Shown here one piece after another: positions 9,945 to 19,933 of a DNA stretch of 64,000 nucleotides; position 1 is the first letter of the stretch, and each line of letters begins with the position of its first letter. The notes under the pieces are model-generated. The model was given only the letters and a program-made list of their open reading frames with translations. It was not told the DNA's origin and did no database searches. The DNA is from Truepera sp. GTDB lineage: Bacteria > Deinococcota > Deinococci > Deinococcales > Trueperaceae. The stretch is taken from positions 160,001 through 224,000 of the forward strand of contig CBDCKW010000009.1 of assembly GCA_965218435.1 (NCBI GenBank), in the 5' to 3' direction. A program made the position numbers and the translations under genes.

Positions 9945-9984
9945 AACTCATTTAGCGCCCTAGTGAGTGACCTAAGCCACACCC

Positions 9985-11028
9985 CTAGCGCCAGCCTGTG
10001 ACCTCGTGGCCGCCAAAAACCATGCGTTTAAGGTCATCAGAAAAGAAAATGCCTTCGGGTCTGCTCGCTTCATTCAGTTTCTGTAACTGTTCGCCGGTCA
10101 GATCAACCGTAAGCGACGCCAGATTATCCTGAAGCTGCGCCACTTTACTGGCTCCGATAATCGGCGCTGTAATCCCAGGTTGTGCCGACGCCCACGCTAA
10201 GGCGACCTGCGCGGGTGGGCGCTCGAGTTCTCCTGCCACCTCTTTAAGCGCGTCCAGTATCTTCCAGTTCCGCTCGGTAAATTTGCTAAACGGCCCTTGA
10301 AACGGATTGCCCTTGCTGAGTCTGCCCTCGCCGCTCGCGCCTTCGTCTTGGCGCTCGTACTTACCGGCTAAAAAGCCACCGGCAAGGGGGCTCCAGGGTG
10401 TGATGCCGAGACCCGATTCTTTGGCAGCAGGGATATGCTCGCGTTCAGGGCCACGTTCGACCAGGGAATACTCGAGCTGCATCCCAACCGGGCCGGGGAT
10501 GGTGTGCGCCTGTGCCAAGGTCGCGGCTTTGGTGGCGTACCACGCGGGCATATCCGAAAAGCCGAAGTAGCGAATATGACCGGCGCGTACAAGGTCGCCG
10601 AGGGTTTGCAGAACCTCTTCAACCGGCGTCACCATATCCCAGACGTGCAGCCAGTAGAGGTCAAGATAGTCGGTTTTGAGGCGTTTGAGAGAGCCTTCAA
10701 GTGCCGCGTAGATATGTTTGCGCCCGTTGCCGCCTGCGTGCGGGTTGCCCTTCTGGGCGTTAAAGCCGAACTTGGTAGCGAGGACAATCTCATCACGGAG
10801 GTTGCCTTCGGCGATAAAGTCGCCCAATAATTCTTCGCTGCGTCCGCCGGAATAGACATCGGCGGTGTCAATGAAGTTGCCGCCCGTCTCGACGTAGGTG
10901 TTGAAAATATCTTTGGAAACGTCATCAGCTGAACCCCAGCTGGCGTTGCCAAAGGTCATGGTGCCGAGTGCGAGCGGGCTGACGACAAGACCGGAGTGGC
11001 CGAGGGTACGGAAGTCGGTAAGGGTCAT
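9985..11028 (-). CDS. Aldo/keto reductase (intact paralog of 4442-6438)
   Basis: MTLTDFRTLG.SGL.VSPLALGTMTFG, DTADVY, ATKF, DLYWLH, PWSPLAGG; GGAG RBS before ATG 11028. Confidence 0.92.
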   Translation of the reverse strand: MTLTDFRTLGHSGLVVSPLALGTMTFGNASWGSADDVSKDIFNTYVETGGNFIDTADVYSGGRSEELLGDFIAEGNLRDEIVLATKFGFNAQKGNPHAGGNGRKHIYAALEGSLKRLKTDYLDLYWLHVWDMVTPVEEVLQTLGDLVRAGHIRYFGFSDMPAWYATKAATLAQAHTIPGPVGMQLEYSLVERGPEREHIPAAKESGLGITPWSPLAGGFLAGKYERQDEGASGEGRLSKGNPFQGPFSKFTERNWKILDALKEVAGELERPPAQVALAWASAQPGITAPIIGASKVAQLQDNLASLTVDLTGEQLQKLNEASRPEGIFFSDDLKRMVFGGHEVTGWR

Positions 11029-11180
11029 AAGGTTCTCCTGAGGATGAAATACTCTGACCTTACCTGAATATGGCAGGTCATATGTTGGTGCTATCCCAAA
11101 AAACTGCTTGCTTTTTGCAACCAGCCAGTGTAGCCTAGCAAAACCGGTGCAGTAGTGCAAGCGGTGAGAGGGAGTTAATC

Positions 11181-11954
11181 ATGCAAACAGCCGTAGAAAA
11201 GAAGTTACAAGGCCAGACTGCGCTCGTCACAGGTTCAACAAGTGGTATCGGGCGCGGCATTGCCTTGGCGCTGGCCGCCGAAGGGGTTCACGTCGTTGTC
11301 AACGGCCGTGACGAGGCGCGCGGGGCCAAAACGGTAGAAGCTATTCGCAGCGCGGGCGGACACGCTGATTTTGTCCGGGCCGATATCGGCAGTTCAGCAG
11401 CGGCGGCGCGTGGACTGGCGGCGGCGGCGACCGAAGTGCTCGGGGGACACCTTGACATTTTGGTCAACAACGCGGGCGTCTATCCCGTTGGACCGACCGC
11501 CGACGTGAGCGACGAGACGCTTGAGACGATGCTCGCTGTTAACGTCCGCACGCCGCACGTACTGGTTGCCGCCATTGCGCCCGCGATGGCCGCGCGGGGC
11601 AGCGGCAAGATTATCAACATCGGCTCGTGGATGGGCTCGCTCGGCATCGGCTACAGCGCCCTTTACGGGGCAACTAAAGCCGCCCTCGAGCAGCTGTCCC
11701 GCTCGTGGGCCGCTGAGTACGGCCATATGGGGGTGCGCGTAAACGCTATCGCCCCTGGCGCGACCCTTACGGGCGGCAACGAAAGTTCGAAAGACGTGCT
11801 CGAGCAGATGACGGCCCCTACGCCCGCCGGTCGCATCGGCACCCCGGCTGACATCGGTAAGGCGGTGGTCTTTTTAGCCAGCGACGACGCTTCGTTTATC
11901 TACGCGGCCACGCTCGCGGTTGACGGCGGCATTGCTGATACGTTACCGAGCTGA
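11181..11954 (+). CDS. SDR family oxidoreductase
   Basis: TGSTSGIG, NNAG, YGATK. Confidence 0.93.
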   Translation: MQTAVEKKLQGQTALVTGSTSGIGRGIALALAAEGVHVVVNGRDEARGAKTVEAIRSAGGHADFVRADIGSSAAAARGLAAAATEVLGGHLDILVNNAGVYPVGPTADVSDETLETMLAVNVRTPHVLVAAIAPAMAARGSGKIINIGSWMGSLGIGYSALYGATKAALEQLSRSWAAEYGHMGVRVNAIAPGATLTGGNESSKDVLEQMTAPTPAGRIGTPADIGKAVVFLASDDASFIYAATLAVDGGIADTLPS

Positions 11955-11986
11955 GGCTACCAAGATATGAGATTACCAAGATAGTT

Positions 11987-12205
11987 GAGGGGTGTGCATA
12001 TCAAAGTAAGGTATATCAACCTTTTCAGCTCTGTTCGCTTACGAAGCGAAAACCATCACCCACGATAGAACAAAACAAATGAAGACCTATTAAGGTAAAT
12101 CCAGGTTTAGAACGATATTAGGGGGAAAACGTGACGAGTCGTTATAAAAATGAATCATAGTGTGAATTTATCCCGACTTTGCGAATGATTATGCGCACAC
12201 CCCTC
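11987..12205. mobile_element. 219-bp non-autonomous MITE with IS256-family-like ends
   Basis: TIR GAGGGGTGTGC / GCACACCCCTC; 8-bp direct repeat AGATAGTT at 11979-11986 and 12206-12213; AT-rich interior. Confidence 0.85.
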
Positions 12206-12275
12206 AGATAGTTCTAGTCTGACCGGGCTCAAAGTAGTGCCCGTCAACAACCAAGTATGCAAAAACGTAAACCAA

Positions 12276-12307
12276 CGCCGTGCAGCGTTTTTTTGCGCTG
12301 CACGGCG
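12276..12307. terminator. GC-rich hairpin (12-bp perfect stem)
   Basis: CGCCGTGCAGCG-tttttttg-CGCTGCACGGCG. Confidence 0.5.
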
Positions 12308-12411
12308 AGCATTCGGGGGCAGTAGGTCACTAAGACGCCCCCGGTATTTTGCCTAAACTTGTGGCCTGAAGTCTCTGGTATCATCATGCAAGTAGTTTAG
12401 AGGGGACCCTT

Positions 12412-12783
12412 ATGAGTGACAAAACCAGGTCGGGCTGTCCGGTCAGTCTCGGTCTCGACATCTTCGGCGATAAGTGGACGCTGCTGATTGTCCGTGACCT
12501 GATGTTCCGGGGCAAGCGGCATTTTCGGGAGATACTGGCTTCTGATGAACATATCTCTTCAAACATCCTGACTGACCGCCTCAAGCTGCTTTTAGCCGAG
12601 GGCATCATCGCCAAAACTGAAGACCTCAGTCACAAGCAAAAAGTGGTTTACAGCCTCACTGAAAAAGGGATTGACCTGCTGCCTATCTTGGTGCAAATTA
12701 GCAACTGGAGTTACAAACACCGTCCGGTTGCTGAAAAGTATTTGGGTGACCCCTCGGCGGGTGAGCAGACCGAACCCCAGTAG
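12412..12783 (+). CDS. HxlR family winged-helix regulator, possibly shortened by a premature TAG
   Basis: RSGCP..L.IFGDKWTLLIVRDL...YSLTEKG.DL.P; frame continues after TAG as WDDIAEQLHKTHL...* (to 12849). Confidence 0.88.
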   Translation: MSDKTRSGCPVSLGLDIFGDKWTLLIVRDLMFRGKRHFREILASDEHISSNILTDRLKLLLAEGIIAKTEDLSHKQKVVYSLTEKGIDLLPILVQISNWSYKHRPVAEKYLGDPSAGEQTEPQ

Positions 12784-12978
12784 TGGGACGATATAGCCGA
12801 GCAACTGCATAAGACGCACCTGACAGATGATGAACAAGCAGCGTCATGACCTTATTTTGATTTTGGTCACTACGCTGCCTATGTATATAGACGAAGTAAA
12901 CGGTTTGAGTTTACGGCACCGGAGCGTCCCTAGCTGCTTGACGCGTCACCTTTCGGCGTGTCGCAGTTTACTTTACGC

Positions 12979-13869
12979 CTACGCTTCTACCAGGGCATCC
13001 TCCACCGGCTTCAGCCATGTTGAGAGTAGTGTCTCGGACAGTTTCCACAACCGTTCTTGCGCCTCTTCGTCGTAAGCGACGCGGTTGGCTCGCGCTACCT
13101 TTTTGTTGGCGAAGTACTGCCCGGTTACACCCGCAACCTGCGGCGAGGTGGCGAGGTAGAGGCTGGTCTGTGCGCCTTGCGTTGGGGTGAGCGAAGCAGG
13201 TTTGAGGACGTTGTGCAGGAGTCTGTTAAAGCCAGTCGTATTGCTGTTGAAGCCCGAATCAACCAAGCCCGGATGCACCGAGTTGCTGGTCATGCCCGAC
13301 CCCTTCAGACGGCGCGCGAGCGCGTTGGCAAACAGCACGTTCATCAATTTGCTTTGAAAGTAGGCAGGCCAGCCGGAGTAGCGCTTTTCGAACTGAGGGT
13401 CATTCCAGTGCACCGTGCCTAAGCGATTCCCGGACGAGGATACGCTCACCACCCGGGCATTTTCGGCAGCCTCCAAGCTGGGGAGGAGCAGATTCGTCAG
13501 CAAAAAGTACGTCAGATGATTAAACGCAAAGGTCATTTCAAAGCCGTCCACGGTGGTCTGACGCTCATCGAACAAACCACCGGCATTGTTGACCAAGACC
13601 TCGAGTTTTGAGTACTTGGTGCTAACTTCTAACGCGACGCGGCGCACGTCGTCCATACGCGACAAATCGCCGAGAAACAGCTCGAGCGCGTCGTTCTTAG
13701 TCTCTGCCCTTATTTCCTCTAAAACTCGTTGACCTTTCGCCGCATCTCTCGAGGTGAGCAGCACGCGGTAGCCCGCTTTAGCCAGCTCGAGGGCAGTCAC
13801 TTTACCGATGCCGTTGGTTGCGCCCGTGACCAACGCAGTTTTTTGTATTGGAGAACTTGTGAGACTCAC
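12979..13869 (-). CDS. SDR family oxidoreductase (retinol-dehydrogenase-like)
   Basis: TGATNGIG, NNAG, NHL.YF, YFQSKL.N. Confidence 0.92.
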   Translation of the reverse strand: MSLTSSPIQKTALVTGATNGIGKVTALELAKAGYRVLLTSRDAAKGQRVLEEIRAETKNDALELFLGDLSRMDDVRRVALEVSTKYSKLEVLVNNAGGLFDERQTTVDGFEMTFAFNHLTYFLLTNLLLPSLEAAENARVVSVSSSGNRLGTVHWNDPQFEKRYSGWPAYFQSKLMNVLFANALARRLKGSGMTSNSVHPGLVDSGFNSNTTGFNRLLHNVLKPASLTPTQGAQTSLYLATSPQVAGVTGQYFANKKVARANRVAYDEEAQERLWKLSETLLSTWLKPVEDALVEA

Positions 13870-13953
13870 GTTGAACTCCTTTGAACCCTGGCATGAGACC
13901 CGCTTACTAACCCTGTTTTGTTTTTATGGCTAATCATACCTCTCACCTCAACG

Positions 13954-14006
13954 AATACTTGCGCCCGCAAGCATCTTACTACTTGTTGCTTGCGGGCGCA
14001 AGTATT
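13954..14006. promoter_or_regulatory. Perfect 20-bp inverted repeat whose arms are themselves palindromic; probable MarR operator pair
   Basis: AATACTTGCGCCCGCAAGCA-N13-TGCTTGCGGGCGCAAGTATT, abutting TAGACT 6 nt before the MarR ATG. Confidence 0.75.
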
Positions 14007-14017
14007 AGACTGACTAG

Positions 14018-14515
14018 ATGTCGCTTCCCCCTTTTCCTTCTTCAGATGGTGCGTTTTTGTATGGTAAAGACGGTAAAACCGCCTGGTTTGGACTGATCTA
14101 TGTTCAGGGACAGCTGATTAAAAGGGTAGACAAGGCCATTCGTGCGGAGCATGACCTGCCTCTTTCGTGGTTCGAGGTCATCTTGCGCCTCGCGGGAGAG
14201 GACAATTTCGTGTCAATTTCAAGCATTGTCGAAACCGTCAGCCTGAGTTCGAGCCGGGTGTCACGGGTGGTCGAGGGTCTCGAGCGGCATGGCCTCATCA
14301 AACGCAGGCAAGGAGAATACGACGCTCGCGTCAGCGAAATCGCCTTAAGCGAAGCGGGTATCGCCTTTTACAAGGCTGCTGACGCGACCCATCGCCGCGT
14401 CGTTAATGAGTACTTCCTTGCTAAGCTCTCGGCAGCAGAGGCCGAGGTCATTGCCCAGGTCTGGCGGCGGCTGCTGGGTGAGCCGGGTGTAGGCAAACCA
14501 GGTACTGAAAGTTAG
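14018..14515 (+). CDS. MarR family regulator
   Basis: WFEVILRL...LSSSRVSRVV..LE..GLI.R...DAR...LSEAG. Confidence 0.9.
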   Translation: MSLPPFPSSDGAFLYGKDGKTAWFGLIYVQGQLIKRVDKAIRAEHDLPLSWFEVILRLAGEDNFVSISSIVETVSLSSSRVSRVVEGLERHGLIKRRQGEYDARVSEIALSEAGIAFYKAADATHRRVVNEYFLAKLSAAEAEVIAQVWRRLLGEPGVGKPGTES

Positions 14516-14562
14516 CAAGCTACATCACCTCGAGGCTGTTCTGAGCGCACAGTTTGAAACAG

Positions 14563-15537
14563 TTAGGGCACTGGTGCGCCCCTAGCCGCTTCCATCAAGG
14601 CAAACCATTCGGCGCGGTCTAAAGTCACGTCGTCGGCTTTAACCGAATCGGCGATACGCGAGGCTTTGTGCGTCCCTAAAATCGGCTGAATCCCCGCCGG
14701 ATGCCGTAACAGCCAGCCGAGTGCAACCGCCTCTTTAGTCGTGTTTTTCTGCTCGGCCAGTTCTGCAATCAGCTGGGCGACAGCCCGAACGTTTTCAGGC
14801 TCGTCGGGGCCGGGATCAAAGAGGCGTCCGCCCGCGACCGGCGACCACGCCTGCACGGTGATGTCGTGCAGGCGGCAGTACTCTAAGACGCTCTGCGTGT
14901 TGGCAAACGTCGCAGTGGGCAAGTTGACCAAGACGCCGTTACTAATCATGTACGAATGTAAAAGGTTAAGCTCGAGCTGATTGACGACCAGCGGCAAATC
15001 CAAAGATTTTTTGAGCAGTTCGATCTGCATGGGGCTGTGGTTACTTACGCCAAAGTAGCGCACCATGCCGTTTTTATGCAGGTGTTGCGCCGCCTTCGCC
15101 ACTTCTTCAGGTTCGACCAGCGGATCAGGTCGGTGAAACGCGAGCAGGTCCACGTAATCCGTGCCAAGCCGCTTCAAGCTGCCTTCAACGACTTTAATCA
15201 GATGCTCGGAAGAAAAATCGTAACGTCCCGGTGGGCCGTAGTCAGGGTCGGAACCGATGATGATTCCGGCTTTTTCTTGCAGCACGAGCTTTTCACGCAG
15301 GCCGGGATTTTGCTTTAAGGCGTACCCGATCACCTCATCGGATTTGCCCAGCGTATAGATGTCGGCTAAGTCAATATGGTTGATGCCGTGTTCATACGCC
15401 GCCGTTAGGAGCGTATTGGCGCGGTCTTTAAGGTCTTGACTGACCGGGGTTTTGTCCCAGCTGCCGCCGATATGCCAGGTACCAAAGGCGATCCGGCTGA
15501 CCTCGAGGTCGGTTTGAGCAATTTTATAAGTCTTCAT
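14563..15537 (-). CDS. Aldo/keto reductase (YdhF/YcsN-like)
   Basis: D.ADIY, SLKRLGTDYVDL...HRPDPL, FGVSN, QAWSP, WLLRHPA.IQPILG; start at MKTYKI. Confidence 0.9.
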   Translation of the reverse strand: MKTYKIAQTDLEVSRIAFGTWHIGGSWDKTPVSQDLKDRANTLLTAAYEHGINHIDLADIYTLGKSDEVIGYALKQNPGLREKLVLQEKAGIIIGSDPDYGPPGRYDFSSEHLIKVVEGSLKRLGTDYVDLLAFHRPDPLVEPEEVAKAAQHLHKNGMVRYFGVSNHSPMQIELLKKSLDLPLVVNQLELNLLHSYMISNGVLVNLPTATFANTQSVLEYCRLHDITVQAWSPVAGGRLFDPGPDEPENVRAVAQLIAELAEQKNTTKEAVALGWLLRHPAGIQPILGTHKASRIADSVKADDVTLDRAEWFALMEAARGAPVP

Positions 15538-15972
15538 CTGTGCTCCAGTCTCGCTCCACCAAGCCCACAATCTTTACCGGTGAAGCAGTTTTGGAGGAGT
15601 ATACCGCTGCTGAGAATATACAGACCGCGTTAAGTATGGCTGAGCAAGCACAGATACAAAATTGTTTTGAGGAGACAAAAAAAATCGCGCTCATCTCGAA
15701 CGCTTTGATTCCTTTAGCTTACACCCGTATGCGTTATCTGTCAAGATTATGCACCGTTAACCAAATAAAAGTCTGAATACCTTTTAGAACTTCTGAAGAA
15801 CATCGCCCTAACCCCGCTTTGACGGCCCTAAACCTGACAAAACGAGTCTTTGACAGGATTTATTAAGACCTTACCTGAACTCGGCCCTAGCTAACGCAAT
15901 TTGGGAGAACGGTTTCTAACTCCTCTATACGTTACACTGGTCTAATAATTAGCTCTAACCCAGGAGGAGTTT

Positions 15973-17553
15973 ATGCTGAGCCTCGCGTCGTTTGTGGCCG
16001 AACACGCCCGCGTTACCCCTGAGCGCACCGCTGTGCGTTTGGGCGACACCACCTATAGTTACGCTCAGCTGGACACGATGGCCTGCGCCGTGGCGAACTA
16101 CCTCACCGCGCAGGGTCTGCAAGCGGGCGACAAGGTGGCGCTGAGCTGCCCTAACTTACCTTTTTTTCCGGCGGTGTACTACGGCATCTTACGTGCCGGG
16201 ATGGTGGTGGTGCCGCTCAATGTGCTCTTAAAAGCGCCCGAGGTCAGCTATCACCTTAAAGATTCGGACGCGAAAGCTTACTTCGTCTTTGAAGGAACCG
16301 CCGATTTACCCCTGGCGCAGACTGCGGCGGCGGGGTTTGAGAATGCGCCCGAATGCGAACACCTCGTGGTGATGACGGCGGATATGGCCGCGCCGAGCCC
16401 GGTAGACGGTGCCGCGACGTTCAGCCAACTGCTGAACGACTACGCGGTACCTTTTGAACTCGTCCCTCGTGAGGCGGAGGATACCGCCGTCATCCTCTAC
16501 ACCTCGGGGACGACCGGCCAACCCAAAGGCGCTGAACTCACCCACCTCAATCTGGTGATGAACGCGGTCGTCAGCTCGAACTTAGTCCATATCGAGGGCT
16601 TAGAGGGCAAAGATCAGATTTTCTTGGCGGCGCTGCCACTTTTTCACGTCTTCGGCCAAACGTGCGTGATGAACGCGATGTTTTACCTCGGGGCGCAGAT
16701 TGTGCTGCTCCCACGTTTTACGCCCGAAGCGGCGCTGAGCACCATGAAATATGCCGAGGTCACGACGTTCGCCGGGGTTCCGACGATGTACTGGGGACTG
16801 TTAAACGGGGCGAAGTCGTTTCCTGAGGCTGATTTTACGTCCTTAAAAGCGCAGCTCAAAGCGTGCTTGAGCGGCGGCTCGGCGATGCCCGTCGAGATTT
16901 TGCGGCGTTTTGAAGAGGTTTTTGAAGTCGGGATTTTGGAGGGTTATGGGCTCTCAGAAACGAGTCCGGTGGCATGTTTTAACCACTTTGACCGTGAGCG
17001 CAAAGTCGGTACCATCGGCCAGTCGGTGTTTGGCGTCGAGGTCAAAATCGTCGGGGATGACGATGAAGCGGTCTCTACGGGTGAAGCCGGGGAGATTGTG
17101 CTGCGCGGGCACAACGTCATGAAAGGGTATTACGGTCGTCCTGAAGCGACGTTGGAGGCCATGCGCGGCGGCTGGTTTCATACCGGGGACATCGGGACGA
17201 TGGACGACGAGGGCTACGTCACGGTGGTAGACCGGCTGAAAGACATGATTATCCGGGGCGGCTTTAACGTCTATCCGCGCGAGGTCGAAGAGGTGCTGAT
17301 GACGCACCCCGAGGTGTCTTTGGCCGCAGTCGTCGGGGTGCCCGATGAGCAGTACGGTGAGGAGATTCGGGCGTTTGTGGTTTTGGCTGAGGGCGCGAGT
17401 CTCACCCCTGAAACGCTCCGTGAGTGGAGCAAAACGCAGCTCGCGTCGTACAAGTATCCGCGCCAGTTAGAGCTGGTTGAGAGCTTGCCGATGAACGCGA
17501 CGGGTAAGATTTTGCGCCGCGAACTCCGGTCGGCGGCGCAAGCTCCAGTCTAA
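15973..17553 (+). CDS. Long-chain-fatty-acid--CoA ligase (AMP-binding family)
   Basis: YTSGTTGQPKG, EGYGLSETSP, FHTGD, DRLKDMIIRGG, LPMNATGK; AGGAGG RBS. Confidence 0.93.
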   Translation: MLSLASFVAEHARVTPERTAVRLGDTTYSYAQLDTMACAVANYLTAQGLQAGDKVALSCPNLPFFPAVYYGILRAGMVVVPLNVLLKAPEVSYHLKDSDAKAYFVFEGTADLPLAQTAAAGFENAPECEHLVVMTADMAAPSPVDGAATFSQLLNDYAVPFELVPREAEDTAVILYTSGTTGQPKGAELTHLNLVMNAVVSSNLVHIEGLEGKDQIFLAALPLFHVFGQTCVMNAMFYLGAQIVLLPRFTPEAALSTMKYAEVTTFAGVPTMYWGLLNGAKSFPEADFTSLKAQLKACLSGGSAMPVEILRRFEEVFEVGILEGYGLSETSPVACFNHFDRERKVGTIGQSVFGVEVKIVGDDDEAVSTGEAGEIVLRGHNVMKGYYGRPEATLEAMRGGWFHTGDIGTMDDEGYVTVVDRLKDMIIRGGFNVYPREVEEVLMTHPEVSLAAVVGVPDEQYGEEIRAFVVLAEGASLTPETLREWSKTQLASYKYPRQLELVESLPMNATGKILRRELRSAAQAPV

Positions 17554-17563
17554 AGCCGTTCAG

Positions 17564-18361
17564 TTATACTTCACGCCAGTCGTTGCTGGTGATGTGTGAA
17601 CCGGCGTGCGGTCCCATCTGGTTCATCCCGCCGTCAACGACCCACGACGCGCCGGTCACGTAGCTCGAGGCGGGCGACGCTAAAAAGGCGATCACGGCGG
17701 CGATCTCGCGGGCGTCGCCGGGGCGTCCGAGCGGGACACCGGGCCGTTTGGCCCCGTGCGGGTCTTGGTCGGTCTGATCGGTCATCGGCGTGGCAATTTC
17801 GCCTGGGGCGACGGTGTTCGCGGTGATGCCGTAGCGCCCAAGCTCGAGCGCCGCCGTTTTGATCAGGCCACCCAACCCATGCTTGGCCGCGTCATAAGCC
17901 GACGACCCGACCCTGGGCTGATGCTCGTGCACGCTCGTTACTGCAATGATGCGGCCCCCGTTATTCGCCGCGACCATCCGCTTCGCGGCCCGCTGAATAC
18001 AGACGAACGCCCCGTCAAGGTCGGTCATCATCGTGTGCCGCCAGGCGTCGTAGCTCATATCAACTAAAGGCGCACTGTTGCCGGTTCCGGCGTTGTTGAC
18101 CAAAACGTCTACGCCGCCAAGTTCGTCGGCTAAAGCGTCAATCACGTCGCCGCAAGCGGGCACGTCGGTCGTGTCGAGGTGTTTGACGATAGCCTTGCGA
18201 CCGAGCGAGCGGACCTCTTCAGCGGTTTCTTGTGCGCCCTGTTCGTCTTCGTGCCAGGTGACGCCGACGTCCATCCCGGCTTGTGCAAGTGCTACCGCAG
18301 TCGCTTTGCCAATGCCCGAGTCCGACGCGGTTACAATCGCCGTACATGGATCAAATGCCAT
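17564..18361 (-). CDS. SDR family oxidoreductase (YohF-like)
   Basis: TASDSGIG, NNAG, TSVHEH.P, YDAAKHG. Confidence 0.9.
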   Translation of the reverse strand: MAFDPCTAIVTASDSGIGKATAVALAQAGMDVGVTWHEDEQGAQETAEEVRSLGRKAIVKHLDTTDVPACGDVIDALADELGGVDVLVNNAGTGNSAPLVDMSYDAWRHTMMTDLDGAFVCIQRAAKRMVAANNGGRIIAVTSVHEHQPRVGSSAYDAAKHGLGGLIKTAALELGRYGITANTVAPGEIATPMTDQTDQDPHGAKRPGVPLGRPGDAREIAAVIAFLASPASSYVTGASWVVDGGMNQMGPHAGSHITSNDWREV

Positions 18362-18595
18362 ACTGCCCCCATTTCGTAGTCGCCCCGGTTATGTGTTGTA
18401 TAAAAATCGCCGTGGCGCTGACCTAAGGGTGTCTGACTACGGCCTATTTATCTATTGAGCGCCGTACAATTTAACACTTGCTAGGCTCAGTTAGTCCAAA
18501 AACGTCTTGAAATGCACTACTAGACGAAAACCCGCACGTTTTTTGTGAGAAGATGATGCAGGGTCCTCGAGCAACACAGCTCACTATTACGCTGA

Positions 18596-18624
18596 TTGAC
18601 ACCCGCCAACCTGTGCCGTAAGCT
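18596..18624 (+). promoter_or_regulatory. Sigma70-type promoter upstream of the riboswitch
   Basis: TTGACA-N17-TAAGCT. Confidence 0.7.
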
Positions 18625-18631
18625 CTAGCTA

Positions 18632-18742
18632 AGCGCCCCGGTCGGGGAAGTCCGGTGAAAGTCCGGCGCTGTCCCGCAACGGTAACGTCTCGCTCGTAAC
18701 AGTTTACGGCGTAGACGAAGCCCGATTACCGACCCTGAGCGT
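18632..18742 (+). promoter_or_regulatory. Cobalamin riboswitch (compact form)
   Basis: GGGAAGTCCGGTGAAAGTCCGGCGCTGTCCCGCAACGGT...GAAGCCCGA; P1 ggtcgg/ccgacc. Confidence 0.9.
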
Positions 18743-18850
18743 TCCCTAACCCCCGCGCGGACGGAGTGAGGGCGCAGCTCGTCTGAACCGGTACTGCGCC
18801 TCCCGCCTGATTCGCCAAGGCTCGAGGAGGCCGCTTGAACGCTACTATTT

Positions 18851-19933
18851 ATGTTTGTATTTATGTCTGGTCCTATGGCGACGCGGCGCACGTTTTCTAA
18901 ACCTGCTCCCAAAGCTGCGCCGGTACAAAGGTGCCGCTGGACGCCGTTTATCTGGTCGCTCCCTATCCTGCTGGCGGTGCTGACGCTGGCGGCGGGCGTC
19001 GGGACGGTGGCGCTCAGTCCTGCCGAGGTTGCGCGGGCGGTGCTGCACGGTCTGACCGGTCAGCTCTCGGGAACGAGCGACGTGATCGTCTGGCAGATTC
19101 GTTTACCCCGTGTGCTTTTAGCCGCCCTTGTCGGGGGCTCGCTGGCGCTTTCCGGCGCTGCGTATCAGGGCGTGTTTCGTAACCCTCTGGCCGATCCGTA
19201 CCTCTTAGGGGTCGCCAGTGGCGCGGGGCTCGGCGCGACGGTGGCGCTCGTGTTCGGTAGGCGTTTACCGTGGTTTAGCAGCGTCCCGGTGATGAGTTTT
19301 GTTTTTGCACTGCTGGCCGTGGGTTTGACGCTGATTTTGGCGCGGCGGCGGGGCACCTCCTCATCACTTTCTGGGCCGCTCGTCTCGTTGATTTTGGCCG
19401 GGGTGGTGTTGGGCTCGAGCGCCACCGCCCTGACCTCGCTCTTGATGCTCTCGCAACGTGACGACGCCGCGCGCGTCTTGGCGTGGCTCTTGGGCAGTTT
19501 CGGACTCTCGAGCTGGGCGCAGCTCGCGTCGGTGTTGCCCTTTGCGCTGCTGGCGGGCGTTGTGACCTTGGCTTCGGCGCAGGGCCTCAACGTCTTAGGG
19601 TTGGGCGAGGAGAGCGCCGCCGGGCTCGGACTCCGGGTCGAGCGGTTTCGCGCGCTGCTCATCGTTGCCGCGACCCTTTTGGCGGCGGCGGCGGTCAGCG
19701 CAGCGGGGATTATCGGCTTTGCCGGACTGATCGTGCCGCACACGCTGCGGCTGGCGTTCGGCCCGGGTCACCGCACGCTTCTGCCGCTCACCCTCGTTTA
19801 CGGCGCAGTCTTTATGGTGCTCGCCGACCTCGCCGCGCGCACGGTGATTGCGCCCGCCGAGGTACCAATCGGCGTCGTCACGGCGCTGATCGGCGGCCCG
19901 TTTTTTCTCTGGCTCATGCGCCGTAAACTCTGA
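18851..19933 (+). CDS. FecCD/BtuC family ABC permease, probably for cobalamin (start uncertain: 18851/18863/18875)
   Basis: IRLPRVLLA...QGVFRNPLADPYLLGVASGAGLG...LGEE.A..LG...IIGF.GLIVPH...GGPFF; downstream of the B12 riboswitch. Confidence 0.9.
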   Translation: MFVFMSGPMATRRTFSKPAPKAAPVQRCRWTPFIWSLPILLAVLTLAAGVGTVALSPAEVARAVLHGLTGQLSGTSDVIVWQIRLPRVLLAALVGGSLALSGAAYQGVFRNPLADPYLLGVASGAGLGATVALVFGRRLPWFSSVPVMSFVFALLAVGLTLILARRRGTSSSLSGPLVSLILAGVVLGSSATALTSLLMLSQRDDAARVLAWLLGSFGLSSWAQLASVLPFALLAGVVTLASAQGLNVLGLGEESAAGLGLRVERFRALLIVAATLLAAAAVSAAGIIGFAGLIVPHTLRLAFGPGHRTLLPLTLVYGAVFMVLADLAARTVIAPAEVPIGVVTALIGGPFFLWLMRRKL

